The notes: generated by a model not told the origin, from the sequence alone. A stretch of DNA of 64,000 nt from Mobula birostris (GCF_030028105.1 NC_092382.1:62420125-62484124); one strand, 5' to 3'. Shown: positions 39,125 to 51,980, counted from the first letter of the stretch. Numbers and translations are program-made.

Positions 39125-40142
39125 TTTAACCATATAAACATAAAACAATTACAGCACGGAAAGAGGCCATATCGGCCCATCTAGTCCGTGCCGAACTCTT
39201 ACTCTCACCTAGTCTCACCGACCTGCACTCAGCCCATAACCCTCCATTCCTTTCCCGTCCATATAGCTATCCAATTTAAATTTAAACTATAACATCGAAC
39301 CTGTCTCAACCACTTCTGCTGGAGGCTCGTTCCACACAGCTACCACTCTCTGAGTAAAGAAGTTCCCCCCTCATGTTACCCCTCACTTTTTGCCCTTTAA
39401 CTCTCAACTCATGTCCTTTTGTTTGAATCTTCCCCATTCTCAAAGGAAAAAGCCTATCCACGTCGACTCTATCAATCCCCTTCATAATTTTAAACACCTC
39501 TATCAAGGCCCCCTCAATCTTCTACGCACCAAAGAATAAAGATCTAACTTGTTCAACCTTTCTCTGTAACTTAGGAGATGAAACCCAGGCAACATTTTCG
39601 TAAATCTCCTCGGTACTCTCTCAATTTTATTGACAACTTTACTATAATTCGGTGACCAGAACTGTGCACAATACTCCAAATTTGGCTTTACCAATGTCTT
39701 ATACAATATCAACATTACATCCCAACTCAATGCTGTGATTCATAAAGGCCAGCATACCAAAGGCTTCCTTCACCACCCTGTCCACATGAGATTCCACCTT
39801 CAGGGAACTATGCACTATTATTCCTGGATCCCTCTGTTCTGCAGCATTCTTCAATGCCCTACCATTTACCATGTATGTTCTATTTTGATTAGTCCTACTA
39901 AAATATATCACCTCATATTTTTCAGCATTAAACTCTATCTGCCATTTTTCAGCCCACTCTTCTAACTGGTCTAAATCTCTCTGCAAGCTTTGAAAACCTA
40001 TTTCATTATCCACAACTATCTTAGAATCATCTGCATACTTACTAATCCAATTTACCACCCATCATCCAAATCAATAATATATATGACAAACAACATTGGA
40101 CCATGTACAAATCCCTGAGGCACACCCCTACACATCGTATTC
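39125..40142 (-). mobile_element. CR1 LINE 3' fragment, cut at the LTR edge
   Basis: WISKYADDSKI, LVKPNLEYCAQFWSP and MIEVFKIMKGIDRVD motifs. Closely similar to 1985-3010. Confidence 0.9.
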
Positions 40143-41088
40143 TGTCATGTACGACGCCAAGCAGAGCTACCGGACGGATGATGCTAATTAGAGAGATAAC
40201 GGGAGACAATGGAGAAACATTCAAAATGCTAATAAGAGAGAAGAGAAAGATTAACGAGGAAGAAACACATTTAGATATTGACAGACCGGTTGCTTTGAAT
40301 CTGAACTGTTTGAAGTTTGATGGACAGGTGATACCCCAGCAGAGGGATAAAAGGAGCAGGTTTGCTAAGGCACGAGACACACCAGGAGACACTGGAAAGA
40401 GAAGTGTGCCCCCCACAAGTGGTTTGAGTTTGGAGGACTGGTTCGCGGGAACCGACCAGAGGAGCACAGGGTGTAAAGGTACGATCGGTGGGTACCTGGG
40501 GTGTGTGTCCGCCCTTGCCTGGGTGCCGGGTTCACCGCGGAAGAACGATCGTATCCGGAACGGAGGGGTCACAGTCGGTGACCACAGCGGGTTTAAAAGA
40601 CGCGAAAAGGTCTGCTCGAAACCAACTGCGAAGACTTCAAAAGGTCTGCCTGAAACCAATTGCATCTCCCTCTCTCCCTCTCTCTCTCCAACGGTACAAC
40701 AACAGCGACTACTTCGAACTGCACTAAACTGAACTGAACTGAACTCTGCTTCACTTAAGACTGATCATTTTACCCCTAGACTGCGATAAAGCTTGGTTGA
40801 TTCCCGTTACCCTAGTTCTGTGTAAATGTGTGTATCATCATTGCTAAGCTGTTACATTTATATCCTTACGATTAGTGTACTGTATTACTTATTTCTTTAA
40901 TAAAACTTCTTTACTTCCTAGTAAGCACAGACTCCAACAAGCGTTCCATTTCTGCTGGTTTGGCAAACCAGTTTCGGGGTACGTAACATAAGTGGGGATC
41001 TCGTCCGGGATTTTGAACGCCAAAAATTGGGACTGGGTAAATTGATTGGGTTAAAATTCCCGGAAGAAAAAAAGGGCAAACGGCAGAA

Positions 41089-42743
41089 ATGGAGATTGAG
41101 GAATTTCTAAAGGCGCCAACCTTGGAGTCATTAGAGGATGCCAGGAAATCAGAATTGCGGACTGCTGCAAAACGGTGGAATCTTTTTAAGGGGAAGCCGA
41201 CAACGAGGAGAGCGGAGGTGCACAGAGCTATCATTGAGCATTATGTATCTAAAGGTGTGTTTCTCCACGGGGAGCTGGAGTTGATGTCTATGAGAAAACC
41301 TGGTGGAGAAGCAGTGCAGCAGGTGATGAAAAAAAAATAAGACTCGAGCACGAGGTCCGAGTAAAGTAGTTAGAACGAGAAGAGAGAGAAGAGCAGTTAG
41401 AACGGGAAGAGAGATAGAAGGAAAGGGATTTTTGAGCTGGAGAAGTTAAGGATGACGCTAGAGAGGGGCCAACTGCCGAACCAAGGTGAAGGGTTCAGGG
41501 CGACCCAGGCGGTTAGGCTGGTTCTCCCATTTGAGGAGGCCGATGTTGATCGGTACTTTCTACATTTTGAAAAATCGCTGCAAGTCAGGACTGGCCGAGG
41601 GATAAGTGGGCTGTTTCGCTTCAGAGCGTACTTAAGGGGAAGGCTCAACAAGCTTACTCAGCGTTGTCAGCAGAAGATGCCCAGAGGTATGATGTGGTGA
41701 AAGAGGCTATACTCAGAATTTATGAGTTGGTCCCGGAGGCATACCGGCAGAGGTTCCGGAATTCGAGGAAGCAGTGTGGCCGCACGTATTTAGAGTTTTC
41801 CCGTGAGATGCAGATGTATTGTGAGCGTTGGTGCGCCTTGAAAGGGGTCACTGGGGATTATGACAGACTGCTACAGCTAATACTGATTGAGCAATTTAAA
41901 GGTTGTGTCCCTGAAGGTATGAGGCCCTATCTAGATGAGAAAGAGGCAGACACCTTAGCCGCAACTGCTAAGTTAGCGGATGAGTACGCGTTAACACACA
42001 AAGCAAAGTTTACCCCGAGTAAGAGCTACCAGAAGGGTAGTCGAGAGGGCGGAGAGAGTCCGCCGGAAAAGCCAGAAAGTAAGCCGGGGACTAGTGAGAA
42101 GGATAAGGAAGACAGGAAGCAGTTTGGTAGGAAGTCTCCTGGGGTCGTATGCTATAATTGTGGGAAAGCCCGTCACTTTGCGTCCAGGTGCTTTGCCCCA
42201 AAGACGGAGACGGGGAAAGGTAAAACGACGGTTCCGACTGGCTGTATTGAGCCGGCAAACAAACCTCTCGCGGAGAAGAGGTCTGATAGAGTTCAGGAAG
42301 GGCGCGAGAAATTTATTTCGGCCGGATTGGCGTCGGTGAAGGAGGGGTCAAATCCAGTACCAGTACGGATTTGGAGAGACACTGGAGCTGGTCAGTCATT
42401 GATATTAAAGAGTGTGTTAGACTGCAGTTCAGAGACCGAGACTGGCGAGGTCAAGGTCAAAGGTATTGGGGAAGGGACTGACGCAGTACCTTTGCACCAG
42501 GTACACCTGAAAAGCAACTTGGTCTCCGGACCGGTCACGATCGGGGTGAGGCCCGAATTACCGATGGAAGACGTTGAGGTTCTACTCGGCAACGATCTTG
42601 CAGGTGGAGATGTGTACCCAGCAGTAAGATTGATAAGCCAGCCTGCCAGGACCGAGGACCCGCCCATGGACTCACAGGTTTGTCCCGTTTGCGCAGTAAC
42701 TCGGCGCATGTCCAGAAAAGCTGCCGAAGCGAATATAGATTGA
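41089..42743 (+). pseudogene. Gag (SCAN-like capsid C-terminus, CCHC knuckle) and aspartic protease of the Gmr1-type element, frameshifted
   Basis: PEAYRQRFR...LILIEQFKGCVPEGMRPYLDEK..TLAATAKLADEY, CYNCGKARHFASRC and RDTGAGQSL motifs. Confidence 0.85.
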
Positions 42744-43006
42744 ACTGAGACGTTTTTACCAGCCCTGTACCAGGAGGGGTTAGAAAGTGTGAAGAATGAG
42801 CATAGTGGAGCGGGTGAAAGTAAGGTAGATTGATCATTAGCGAGGAAGGAATTTATACAAGCACAGGAACGAGACGAGGAGCTGATGGTTTTGACGGAGA
42901 CAGCTCTCTCCGAAGCAGAAATAAAAAAGGAACCAGTGGGCTATTATGTGAAGGAGGGAGTACTGATGAGGAAGTGGAGACCAAATACCGTGGCCGCAGA
43001 TGAGGA

Positions 43007-44089
43007 GTGGGGGGGGGGGTGGTACACCAGGTGGTAGTGCCAAACATTTATATGTACGAGATTTTTAACCTGGCCCACAAGATACCCCTCGGTGGACATT
43101 TTGGGGTGAGGAAAACAGTCGATAGAATTATCAAAGAGTTTTACTGGCCGAACATGAGGAAGGATATTATTGAATATTGTAGTCCGGTGTCATTTCTGTC
43201 AGGTGGTAGGAAAGCCGAACCAGGCCCTACCTAAAGCGCCCCTTCGACCGATACACGCTTTCGGGGAACCTTTTTCCCGAATAATTGTGGATTTTGTTGG
43301 TCCCCTGCCCAGAACTGCGAGTGGGCGAGAGTATGTGATGACTATGATGTGTGCTGCCACCAGGTTTCCGGAGGCTGTGCCCCTGGCAAGCGTCAAGGCT
43401 CCCGCAGTGGTAAAGGCGCTTGTGAAATTTTTCACTACGGTGGGGCTGCTAAGGGAAATCCAGTCAGATCAGGGGAGTGTCTTCACATCTCACATATTCC
43501 AACGGATGTTGGACGAGATGGGAGTAAAGCGTATTTTGGCCTCCGCGTACTACCCGGAGTCCCAAGGGGCGTTGGAAAGATTCCACGCAACAATAAAGAC
43601 CATGGTTAAAATTTATTGTCAAGACAACGCTAGGGACTGGGTGATGCCTTGCCTCTCCTGTTATTTGCCGTGAGGGACACGGTTCAGAAGTCATTGAGGT
43701 TCAGCCCATTCGAGCTCGTCTTCGGTCATCGGGCCAGAGGACCTCTGACCTTACTGAAAGAGCAATAGTCCAGTCCGACAGTACAAGTCAATGAAATTGA
43801 TTATGTTTTAAAATTTTGTGAGAGGCTTAAAAGGATCTGTGACCTTGCCAAAGAAAATCTACGACACACCCAAACTAAAATGAAACAGTGGTATGATAGA
43901 CGTGCCCGCGAACAAGTGTTTCAAGTGGGTGATAGGGTCTTGGTTCTGTTTCTAGTGGTAACCAACCCCCTCCAGGTGAGATCCCACGGTCCGTACAAAG
44001 TGATTAAAAAGATAGACCCTTTGAATTATGTTATTGAAACGCCGGACAGATGTAAGCCGACCCAATTAGTACATATTAATATGTTATAA
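43007..44089 (+). pseudogene. Integrase of the Gmr1-type element, frameshifted
   Basis: AHKIPLGGHFG...FYWP...CHFCQ zinc finger; IVDFVGPLP, IQSDQGSVF and ESQGALERFH (DDE); HGPYKV C-terminal domain. Confidence 0.85.
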
Positions 44090-44149
44090 GCTTACCACGA
44101 TCAGAAAGCAGATCTAGTCGGTGTTATCACAAAAATAAATGAGGCTGGG

Positions 44150-45627
44150 GTGCCAAATGATAAGGGGAAACCCCATCTTGAGAAGATAAATATGGTGCCG
44201 ACCAGGTTGGAGAACTCTATTGTTTTGGCCAACTTTGCTGATAAGGTCTCTCACTTAACCCCTGAACAGAGCGAGCCGCTGATAAAGCTAATTAACCTGC
44301 ATGCAGTTGTATGTCCAGATGCCCCGAGGCGATGCAAGGGGACGGCACATGATGTTGTCGTTACATCAGATCAGCCTATTAAGCAACACCCCTATAGGAT
44401 GAACTTGGAGAAGGGCAAGCCAGTGGAGAAAGAAATTGAACACATACTAGCCACAGGTATTATTAGGCCATCCAAATCGGGATGGGTTTCTCCCTGTGTG
44501 GTTGTCCCGAAACCCGATGGGAGCATACGATTCTGTACAGATTACAGAAAGGTGAACGCCATCACACAAACCGATGCTTACCCCATCCCAAGGGTAGACG
44601 ATTGCATCGATAAAGTGGGGAGAGCTAAGTACGACACAACGATCGATTTGCTAAAAGGGTACTGGTGCGTTCATTTAACCGACCAGGCTCGAGAAATCTC
44701 AGCATTTGTCACTCCATCGGGGTTATACGAGTACAATGTTTTATCTTTTGGCATGAAGAACGACCCAGGGACCTTCCAAAGGATAATTAATTCAGTGATA
44801 AAAAGGTTAAAGAACGCAGAACTGTATATTGACGATTTATTGGTCTGGAGTGACACGTGGGAGGAGCACATTGTGGCAGTAGAGGAACTGTTTAAACGGC
44901 TGTCTGAAGCCAACCTGACAGTGAACCTCTCGAAAAGTGAGTTCGGCCACGCTAAGGTCACTTATCTGGGGTATGTGGTCGGACAGGGGCAGCTGGCACC
45001 GATGCAGGCTAAGGTGCAAGCTAGCTCTGAAGTTCCGATCCCGACGGACAAGAGAGACCTGAGAAGGTTCTTGGGGATGGTGTGGTACTATCGGAAGTTT
45101 TGCAAAAACTTTGCGGATATTACCCTCCTTCTTACTAAGCTCTTGCCGAAGAACGCGAAGTTTGTGTGGAATGACCTTGTCGAAAAGCCTTCGAGAGTCT
45201 GAAGGCGATTCTGTGTCACCACCCTGTATTGAATGCGCCTGACCTTTCAAAACCCTTTTCCATAACAACAGATGCTAGCGACGAAGTGGCAGGGGTGGTG
45301 CTGTTGCAGACCGACTAAGAGAAGATCGAACACCCAGTGGCTTATTTTTTTTAAGAAGTTTAATGTCCATCAGAGAAATTATTCCACTGTGGAGAAGGAA
45401 TTACTGGCAATCATACTAGCATTACAGCATTTTTAGTTTATATCTGTCCGGCACGGAAACCACTGATAATTTACACTGATCACGATCCATTAGTGTTTTT
45501 GGTCACAATGAAGGATAAAAACAAACTGTTACTAAGTTGGAGTCTGGTCTTACAGGAATTTGATATTAAGATAAAACATATAAAAGGAACGGACAATGTG
45601 ATTGCTGATTGCCTGTCAAGGTGTTAA
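44150..45627 (+). pseudogene. Reverse transcriptase and RNase H of the Gmr1-type element
   Basis: SPCVVVPKPDGSIRFCTDYRKVN, IDLLKGYW, YIDDLLV and YLGYVVG motifs. RNase H TTDAS, NYSTVEKELLAI, IYTDHDPL and NVIADCLSR lies in shifted frames. Confidence 0.88.
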
Positions 45628-46587
45628 AACTTAAAGTTCTCTGTATTAACCGAATAGCTGTTGACTACCTGTATATTATAGTGTGTATCTTATAATGTGC
45701 ATTCATCCCCTTGATTTTTTCACCAGTAAAAATCCTTTTAAGGGTGGGGGTGTCATCTGCGACGCCAAGCAGAGCTACCGGACGAATGATGCTAATGAGA
45801 GACATTACGAAAGACAATGGAGAAACATTCAAAATGCTAATAAGAGAGAAGGGAGTGATTAACGAGAAAGAAACACAATTTAGATATTGACAGACCGGTT
45901 GCTTTGAATCTGAACTGTTTGAAGTTTGATGGACAGGTGATACCCCAGCAGGGGGATAAAAGAACAGGTTTGCTAAGGCACGAGACACGCCACGAGACCC
46001 TGGAAAGAGCAGTGTGTCCCCACAAGTTGGTGGAGTTTGGTGGACCGGTTCGCGGGAATCGATCAGAGGCTCACAGGGTCTAAAGGTACGGTCGGTGGGA
46101 ACCTGGGATGTGTGTCCGCCCTTGCCTGGGTGCCGGGTTCACCGCGGAAGAACGATCGTATCCGGAACGGAGAGGTCACAGTCAGTGACCAAAGCGGGAT
46201 TAGAAGACATCAAAAGTTCTGCCCGAAACCAACTGCGAAGACATCAAAAGGTCTGCCTGAAACCAATTAAATCTCCCACTCTCTCTCTCCCTCTCTCTCT
46301 CCAATGGTACAACAGCGATTACTTCGAACTGCACTGAACTGCACCGAACTCTGCTTCACTTAAGACTGATCATTTTACTCCTAGACTACAATAGAGCTTG
46401 ATTGATTCCTATTACCCTATTTCTGTGTATATGTGTGTATTATCATTGCTAACCTGTTACATTTATTTCCTTGCGATTAGTGTACTGTATTACTTATTTC
46501 TTGAATAAAACTTTATTAGATCCTAGTAATCACAGACTCCAACGAGCGTTCTGCTGGTTTGGCAACCCAGTTACGGGGTACGTAACA

Positions 46588-47157
46588 ATGTGAACAAAAC
46601 AGAAGAGATGTTTGTTGACTTCAGGAGAGCATGGAGCGACCACTCTCCGTTGAACATCAACGGCTCCTCCGTAGAGATCGTTAAGAGTACCAAATTTCTC
46701 GGTGACCACCTGGCGGAGAATCTCTCCTGGCCCCTCAAAACCAGCTCCATAGCAAAGAAAGCCCAGCAGCGTCTCTACTTTCTGCGAAGGCTGAGAACAG
46801 TCTATCTCCTACCCCCCATCCTCACCACATTCTACAGAGGTTGTATTGAGAGCATCCTGATCTTGGTTCGGAAATTGCACCGTCTCGAATCGCAGACACT
46901 GCAGCGGAAAGTGAGGTCAGCTGAGAAGATCACTGGGGTCTCTCTTCCTGCCATTGCAGACAATTACACCACACGCTGTATCCACAAAGCTAACAGCATT
47001 GTGAAGGACCCCACACGCCCTTCATATAAACTCTTCTCCCTTCTGCCATCTGGCAAAAGGGACCGAAGCATTCGGGCTCTCACGATCAGACTGTGGAACG
47101 ACATTTCCCCCCAAGCCATTAGACTCCTCAATTCCCAGAGTCTCGTCCGTCACCAAC

Positions 47158-47241
<84 letters not shown>

Positions 47242-47670
47242 ACAGACACTCAACTGAACACAACTCCACTCATTTGCAATTTTTGGTCATTTCTTTCTCA
47301 ATTTCTGCTATAACATTGTTTACATTGTTTACATTTACATATATAATATTTATTATCATATTGTAATTTGTCCTTCACTGTGGTTATTGTCTTGTTTATT
47401 AATTATTGTATTGTCTTGCACTGTTTTGTGCACTTGATGTAGTCCCGTGTAGGTGTGAATTCTAATATAGTTTTGGGTTGTTTCAGGTAGTTTAGTGTAG
47501 TTTTGTGTTGGTTGAGGTAGTCTAGTGTAGTTTTGTGTTGGTTCATGTAGTCTAGTGTAGTTTTGTGTTGTTTCATGTAGCACCATGGTCTTGGAGGAAC
47601 GTTGTTTCGTTTTTATTGTGCACTGTACCAGCAGTTATGGTTGAAATGACAATAAAAGCGACTTGACTTG
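46588..47670 (+). mobile_element. L2/Rex-like LINE 3' portion with (CA)n and 30-bp tandem tail
   Basis: NKTEEMFVDFRR, KFLG, KKAQQRLYFLRRL, FYRGCIESIL and LFSLLPSGKR motifs. (CA)n at ~47160-47245. Tandem GTAGTCTAGTGTAGTTTTGTGTTG units at 47460-47580. AATAAA and (GACTT)n end. Confidence 0.8.
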
Positions 47671-47911
47671 ACGTGTGTGTGTGTGTGTGTGATTGTGTGT
47701 TTGCTTCTGTATGCGTGTCTTTGCGTCTGTCTGAGGGTCTGTGTGTTGGCTTGGCCACGTGTTCTGCGTTTTTTATGTTTGGGTGTGTGCGCCTGCGTGT
47801 GCCTATATATGTCTGTGTGTGTTTATGACTGTCTGTGTGTTCGCGCGTGTGTGTATGTCTCTATGTGGTCGAGCCTGCGTGTGTATCACATACACATAAC
47901 AGACAGAGCAC

Positions 47912-47995
47912 ACATTTCCTTCCGAGAGATTGCCGTAGCCCACGGGGACAAATCACTGGACAGAGAAAATACCTGCATTGTCTGCTAGGTACCTG
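47912..47995 (+). pseudogene. Orphan duplicate of the 5' UTR and start of exon 1 of paralog D, with ATG changed to ATA
   Basis: Aligns to ~49145-49230 (TTCCGAGAGATTGCC..ACGGGGACAAATCACTGG..AAAAT[A/G]CCTGCATTGT..TAGGTACCTG). Confidence 0.7.
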
Positions 47996-49203
47996 TACCT
48001 GCGCCCACATAGTCACTCCTTTAGTTTGCTGCGTTCGATGGGTTAGGGATGGGTACTGAGAGAGTTAAACGAGTGTTCGGACTATGACGAAGTTCGTGGA
48101 TATGTTTGTGGAGAAGTTCGTGGATATGAAATTGTTTATTCAACACCATAAATGTACATTACCTCGGACACATTCTTGGCAGAGTCTCTCAAATTCAAAC
48201 AACGTCAAGAGGTTATACACCTGTCGACAATGGTAGCAATGGGTGATTCAATATAATTTCATAACCTACAAATAGATAATCAAATTCATTATTTCGAGTC
48301 TGTCAAATGGTTCCTTTAAATTACACATTTAGAGTGGAAACACGTTGTAATTGACAAGACACCTTTGAACGTTCAGACAAATTTGTTGGTTCCAACTATT
48401 TCACACAGATGGTCAAAAAGCTTCTGAGATCAGAGAACACAAAACTCCCAGATCTCTGTTGTGAGCGTTGACACATGGACACGCCGGGAGTGTATGGAGA
48501 CTGATCATGTGTGCATAGGTGGGATCCGTTTAAAATGGCGGCATGGTTGGCACAGATACTGTGGTCCGAAGAGACTCTCCGTGCTTTCATTTTTCAGTTC
48601 CAGGTCGATCTAACACAAGTGGAAGGCAGCGACATTGCTTTTCTCAGAGCATGCATTCCTCTCAATGGTGATGAATATCTTTTTGACTCAGGACAATGTT
48701 TGGTACACAGAAACAAGCTGAGGATGGTTGCTGGTAATCGGGAGTGGGAGATAAGGTTACAGTGAGATGAGCTGTGATTGCAATTGGTGGAGAATCAGAG
48801 TGGAGCGGCCGCTTTACTCTCAGTGGATCTGCTCAGCCGATGGACAAAAGTCGTAGTGACACACGATGAGGTGCAGAGCTGGGTCTGATGGTCTTTGAAA
48901 CAATATCCCCTTTGCTGGAGGAATGCCACTTGCAATTTACACCCCTTACTGCCCGCATAATTTCAATTGTTTGCAGTTTCACGGCTAATTCACTAAATTA
49001 ATCACAATGTTGCGCCACAGGAATGGCCCTTGTCTGACGTAATCGGATTGTAAATAATTAAAACAATTTTATTTTAGAATCTGTTGAAATCTGTCCCCGT
49101 GGAGTCGCTGAGTGGTATTAAAACCCCAGTCATGTTCTGCCTCAACATTTCATTCCGAGAGATTGCCTGTAGCAGACGGGGACAAATCACTGGTCAGAAA
49201 AAA

Positions 49204-49279
49204 ATGCCTGCATTGTTTGATAGGTACCTGCTTGTGGACAAAGTATTGAACATGTTCATCGCCGTTATTGGAGTTCCCG
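49204..49279 (+). CDS. Paralog D coding exon 1 (MPALFDRYLLVDKVLNMFIAVIGVP+G)
   Basis: ATG at 49204, 76 nt, donor G|gtgagt, phase 1. TATA-like TATTAAAA at 49116-49123. Confidence 0.85.
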
Positions 49280-50087
49280 GTGAGTGACCGGAGCAATTAC
49301 TGTTTGATATTTCTTTGCGTTGACCAATATGAAACTGTTTATGATTATTTTACAACTTGGTGTTCATTGAACAAATATCCATAAGGCATAAGGGTCTTAA
49401 GGACGGGCAGCCCACCAGGAGGATGTGACTGTGAGAGGTTTACATTTTACAGTTGACTGTTTCTGAGTTATTGATCCGAGTGGGGACCTGGTCCTGTGTT
49501 TTATGTCTCTCTGTGAAGCCCGTCGCAATCGGATTCCATTACCTGCTAGTTAAAAGTTGGATCTGATCACCCGAACCCGAGTCCATGGATCTACTGCCGT
49601 GTATTATCGAATTGAACTGTGCTGTGGAACTAACCCATGAACGGAGTCAATCCACATTGGATGACTAAGATGTTCCTGCTTTCGCTCTGAGACCTGCTCG
49701 GTTGCTAGTTCAATTCCATGATCGCTGCTGGAGCTGCTGAGGTTCTCCAGCATTTTGTGAGTTTTGTTTCCCTCCGGATCCGTCTTTAGCCCCGTCAGAT
49801 GCTATTTCCAGAGGCCTGGTCATTCACGGTTAAATCAGTGAAACCGGCCCCATCAGGGACTGGGATCGGATTAGTGCCGATCGTTGCTGCTCATGACAAT
49901 TGCTCACACATCGTCTTACCTCCACAATGAGGAAGGCAGGTCAGAGACAAGGTGACCTGTGGTTTATGTTAGATGAGCAGCCGTTCACCTCCTCTCGCAC
50001 TCCTGATCATTGGCTGAAACCAGATCCCGTTTCCATTCCCGGGGAAGGTGTTCAGCACTACCCAATGCTTGTTCTTTCTTCCCGCAG

Positions 50088-50995
50088 TGAATTTCGTGGC
50101 GATTGTGATCCTCTCCCGGGGAAAGTGCGGCCTCTCTACCTGCACCACTCGCTACCTGGTGGCCATGGCAGTAGGGGATCTACTGACCGTTGTTAGCGAG
50201 GTCACTTTATTTCGAATCATATATAAATACTTTCCGTGGACTTTTCTGAGCATTACCCCTGTGTGCAGGGTGATCGAGGTACTGAGGTTCACAGCCACAT
50301 ACTGCTCTGTCTGGTTCACCGTCGCTTTCACTTTTGATCGGTTTGTCACCATTTGCTGCCAGAAGCTGAAAACAAAATATTGCACCGGGAAAACTGCGGT
50401 TTTGGTTCTCACAACAACCGGCGTGCTGTGCTGTCTGAAAAATATCCCCCGCTACTTCCTCTGGGAACCCAGAGAGGTAATCGTCAATGTACCGTGGTTC
50501 TGTGACCTAATGGACTATTCTCTCACCGACCCCTGGTGGGTAGGATATGATTGGCTCGATACGGTTTTAAGTCCGTTCATCCCTTTCGTTGTGATTCTGC
50601 TGCTCAACGCTCTGACAGTCCGGCACATTTTAATGTCCAGTCGGGTCCGTAAGGGACTGAGGGGTCAAAGCAAAGGCCAGAATCCCAGTGACCCGGAGAT
50701 GGAGAGCAGGAGGAGGTCTGTGGTTCTATTCTTCACCCTCTCCGGCAGCTTCATCCTCCTGTGGCTGACACTGGTTGTAAATTTCATGTATTACGAGATC
50801 AGAGCAAAAGGATTTGATTTCAATGATTCTGAATGGATCTTTCACTTTGTCGGGGTTTTGCTGAAGAATTTGAGCTGCTGCACGAACACGTTTATTTACG
50901 CGGTGACTCAGTCGAAATTCAGGGAGCGGGTGATCAGAGCGGTGAAATATCCGATCACCTCGGTGCTTCAGTTCATTAATAAAGCCGCGACCTGA
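50088..50995 (+). CDS. GPR139/GPR142-like GPCR paralog D, exon 2 (gene join 49204-49279,50088-50995; 327 aa)
   Basis: Acceptor ttctttcttcccgcag ends at 50087. VNFVAIVILSRGKCGLSTC, IEVLRFTATYCSVWFTVAFTFDRF and SCCTNTFIY motifs. Confidence 0.92.
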
Positions 50996-51205
50996 ACACA
51001 AACCAGATTCAGCGCCTGATTGTCCCATCGACCGGCAGCGCCGGGATATTAGGATCGTTGACCCTAAGAATAGGGGGAGAGGGGATGTGGAGAGAGGTAG
51101 ACAGGGCACGGTTGCGAGGGGAAACGTAAGAGAGTGGCTGAATGAGGTGATGAAACGACAGCGGGGTGCGCATGGGGTCAGTGAGGTAGTGAGAACGAGA
51201 AAGAT

Positions 51206-51208
<3 letters not shown>

Positions 51209-51282
<74 letters not shown>
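51209..51282. repeat. Compound (GT)n(GA)n microsatellite
   Basis: Direct read of sequence. Confidence 0.95.
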
Positions 51283-51288
<6 letters not shown>

Positions 51289-51606
51289 GGAGGATGTTGC
51301 CGTGACTATGAGGCCTGTGTTATAGTGAGGGATTGTCCAGGGTGGGTTATTATTTCATGGAGCTTCGGAGATTGAGATGCCGGCAAATGGAGACGATTGA
51401 AATGACCAGAGTTTCTGGTAAGCTGGACGGAGACAGGTCAATTTCCCGCTGTCGACTGAACTCTATAATATAGTCCCTCTAGTGTGACCCATCCTGTTGT
51501 TAAGTTCTACGCACAGTCACTGTGTGGCTGGAGTTGAGGGAGTGGAGGCAATTCACATGCATTTTCGTTGGCTGCAGTGACGGGTCCCATTGCTGGCATC
51601 AGTGTA

Positions 51607-51980
51607 CATTTTACTCTGAGTTCGCAAGTATTTTGTGAATAAAACGAGCCCGGGTCGTGTTATGTACTTAATAGAAGTTTCAAACCTTCAGTTGAATTCA
51701 ACAGAAAACAACAGCGATCCCCTTACACTCTAGTCATTATGTCAGGCACCACCTCTTAATGGGAGCAAAACGATTGTGGGGCTGGAGGGGCGGAGATAAA
51801 TTCTGGGATCAGAGCACATTTACTGTGAGTTCGTAAGAGTTTGCGAATAAAATGTGCCCCGTTCGTGTTAGGTGCTTAATAAAAACTAGGGACCTTTACT
51901 TCCATTACGAGGAAACCAAAAGCGGAATCCCCTTACATTCTCGTGATTATGTCACGCACCACCTCTTAAAGCGAACACAA
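51607..51980 (+). repeat. Diverged ~208-bp tandem duplication carrying poly(A) signals downstream of paralog D
   Basis: AATAAA at 51638 and 51846. Both units share CCCCTTACA.TCT..T.ATTATGTCA.GCACCACCTCTTAA. Confidence 0.75.

Larger units (their letters stand above)
40143..46587 (+). mobile_element. Gmr1-type Ty3/Gypsy LTR retrotransposon (Gag-PR-IN-RT-RH), degenerate
   Basis: LTRs 40143-40988 and 45751-46587 (TGTCAT...CGTAACA). tRNA-Pro-like PBS TGGGGATCTCGTCCGGGAT at 40993-41011. PPT AAGGGTGGGGG at 45740-45750. Integrase precedes RT. Confidence 0.93.

Noticed and set aside
40042-40732. 207-209 aa ORFs on both strands over the 5' LTR
   Set aside because: Not preserved in the 3' LTR copy and no recognisable domain.
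47356-47586. TQNYTRL-repeat peptide ORF, and other VC/TH/ER-rich ORFs
   Set aside because: Translations of minisatellite and microsatellite DNA.
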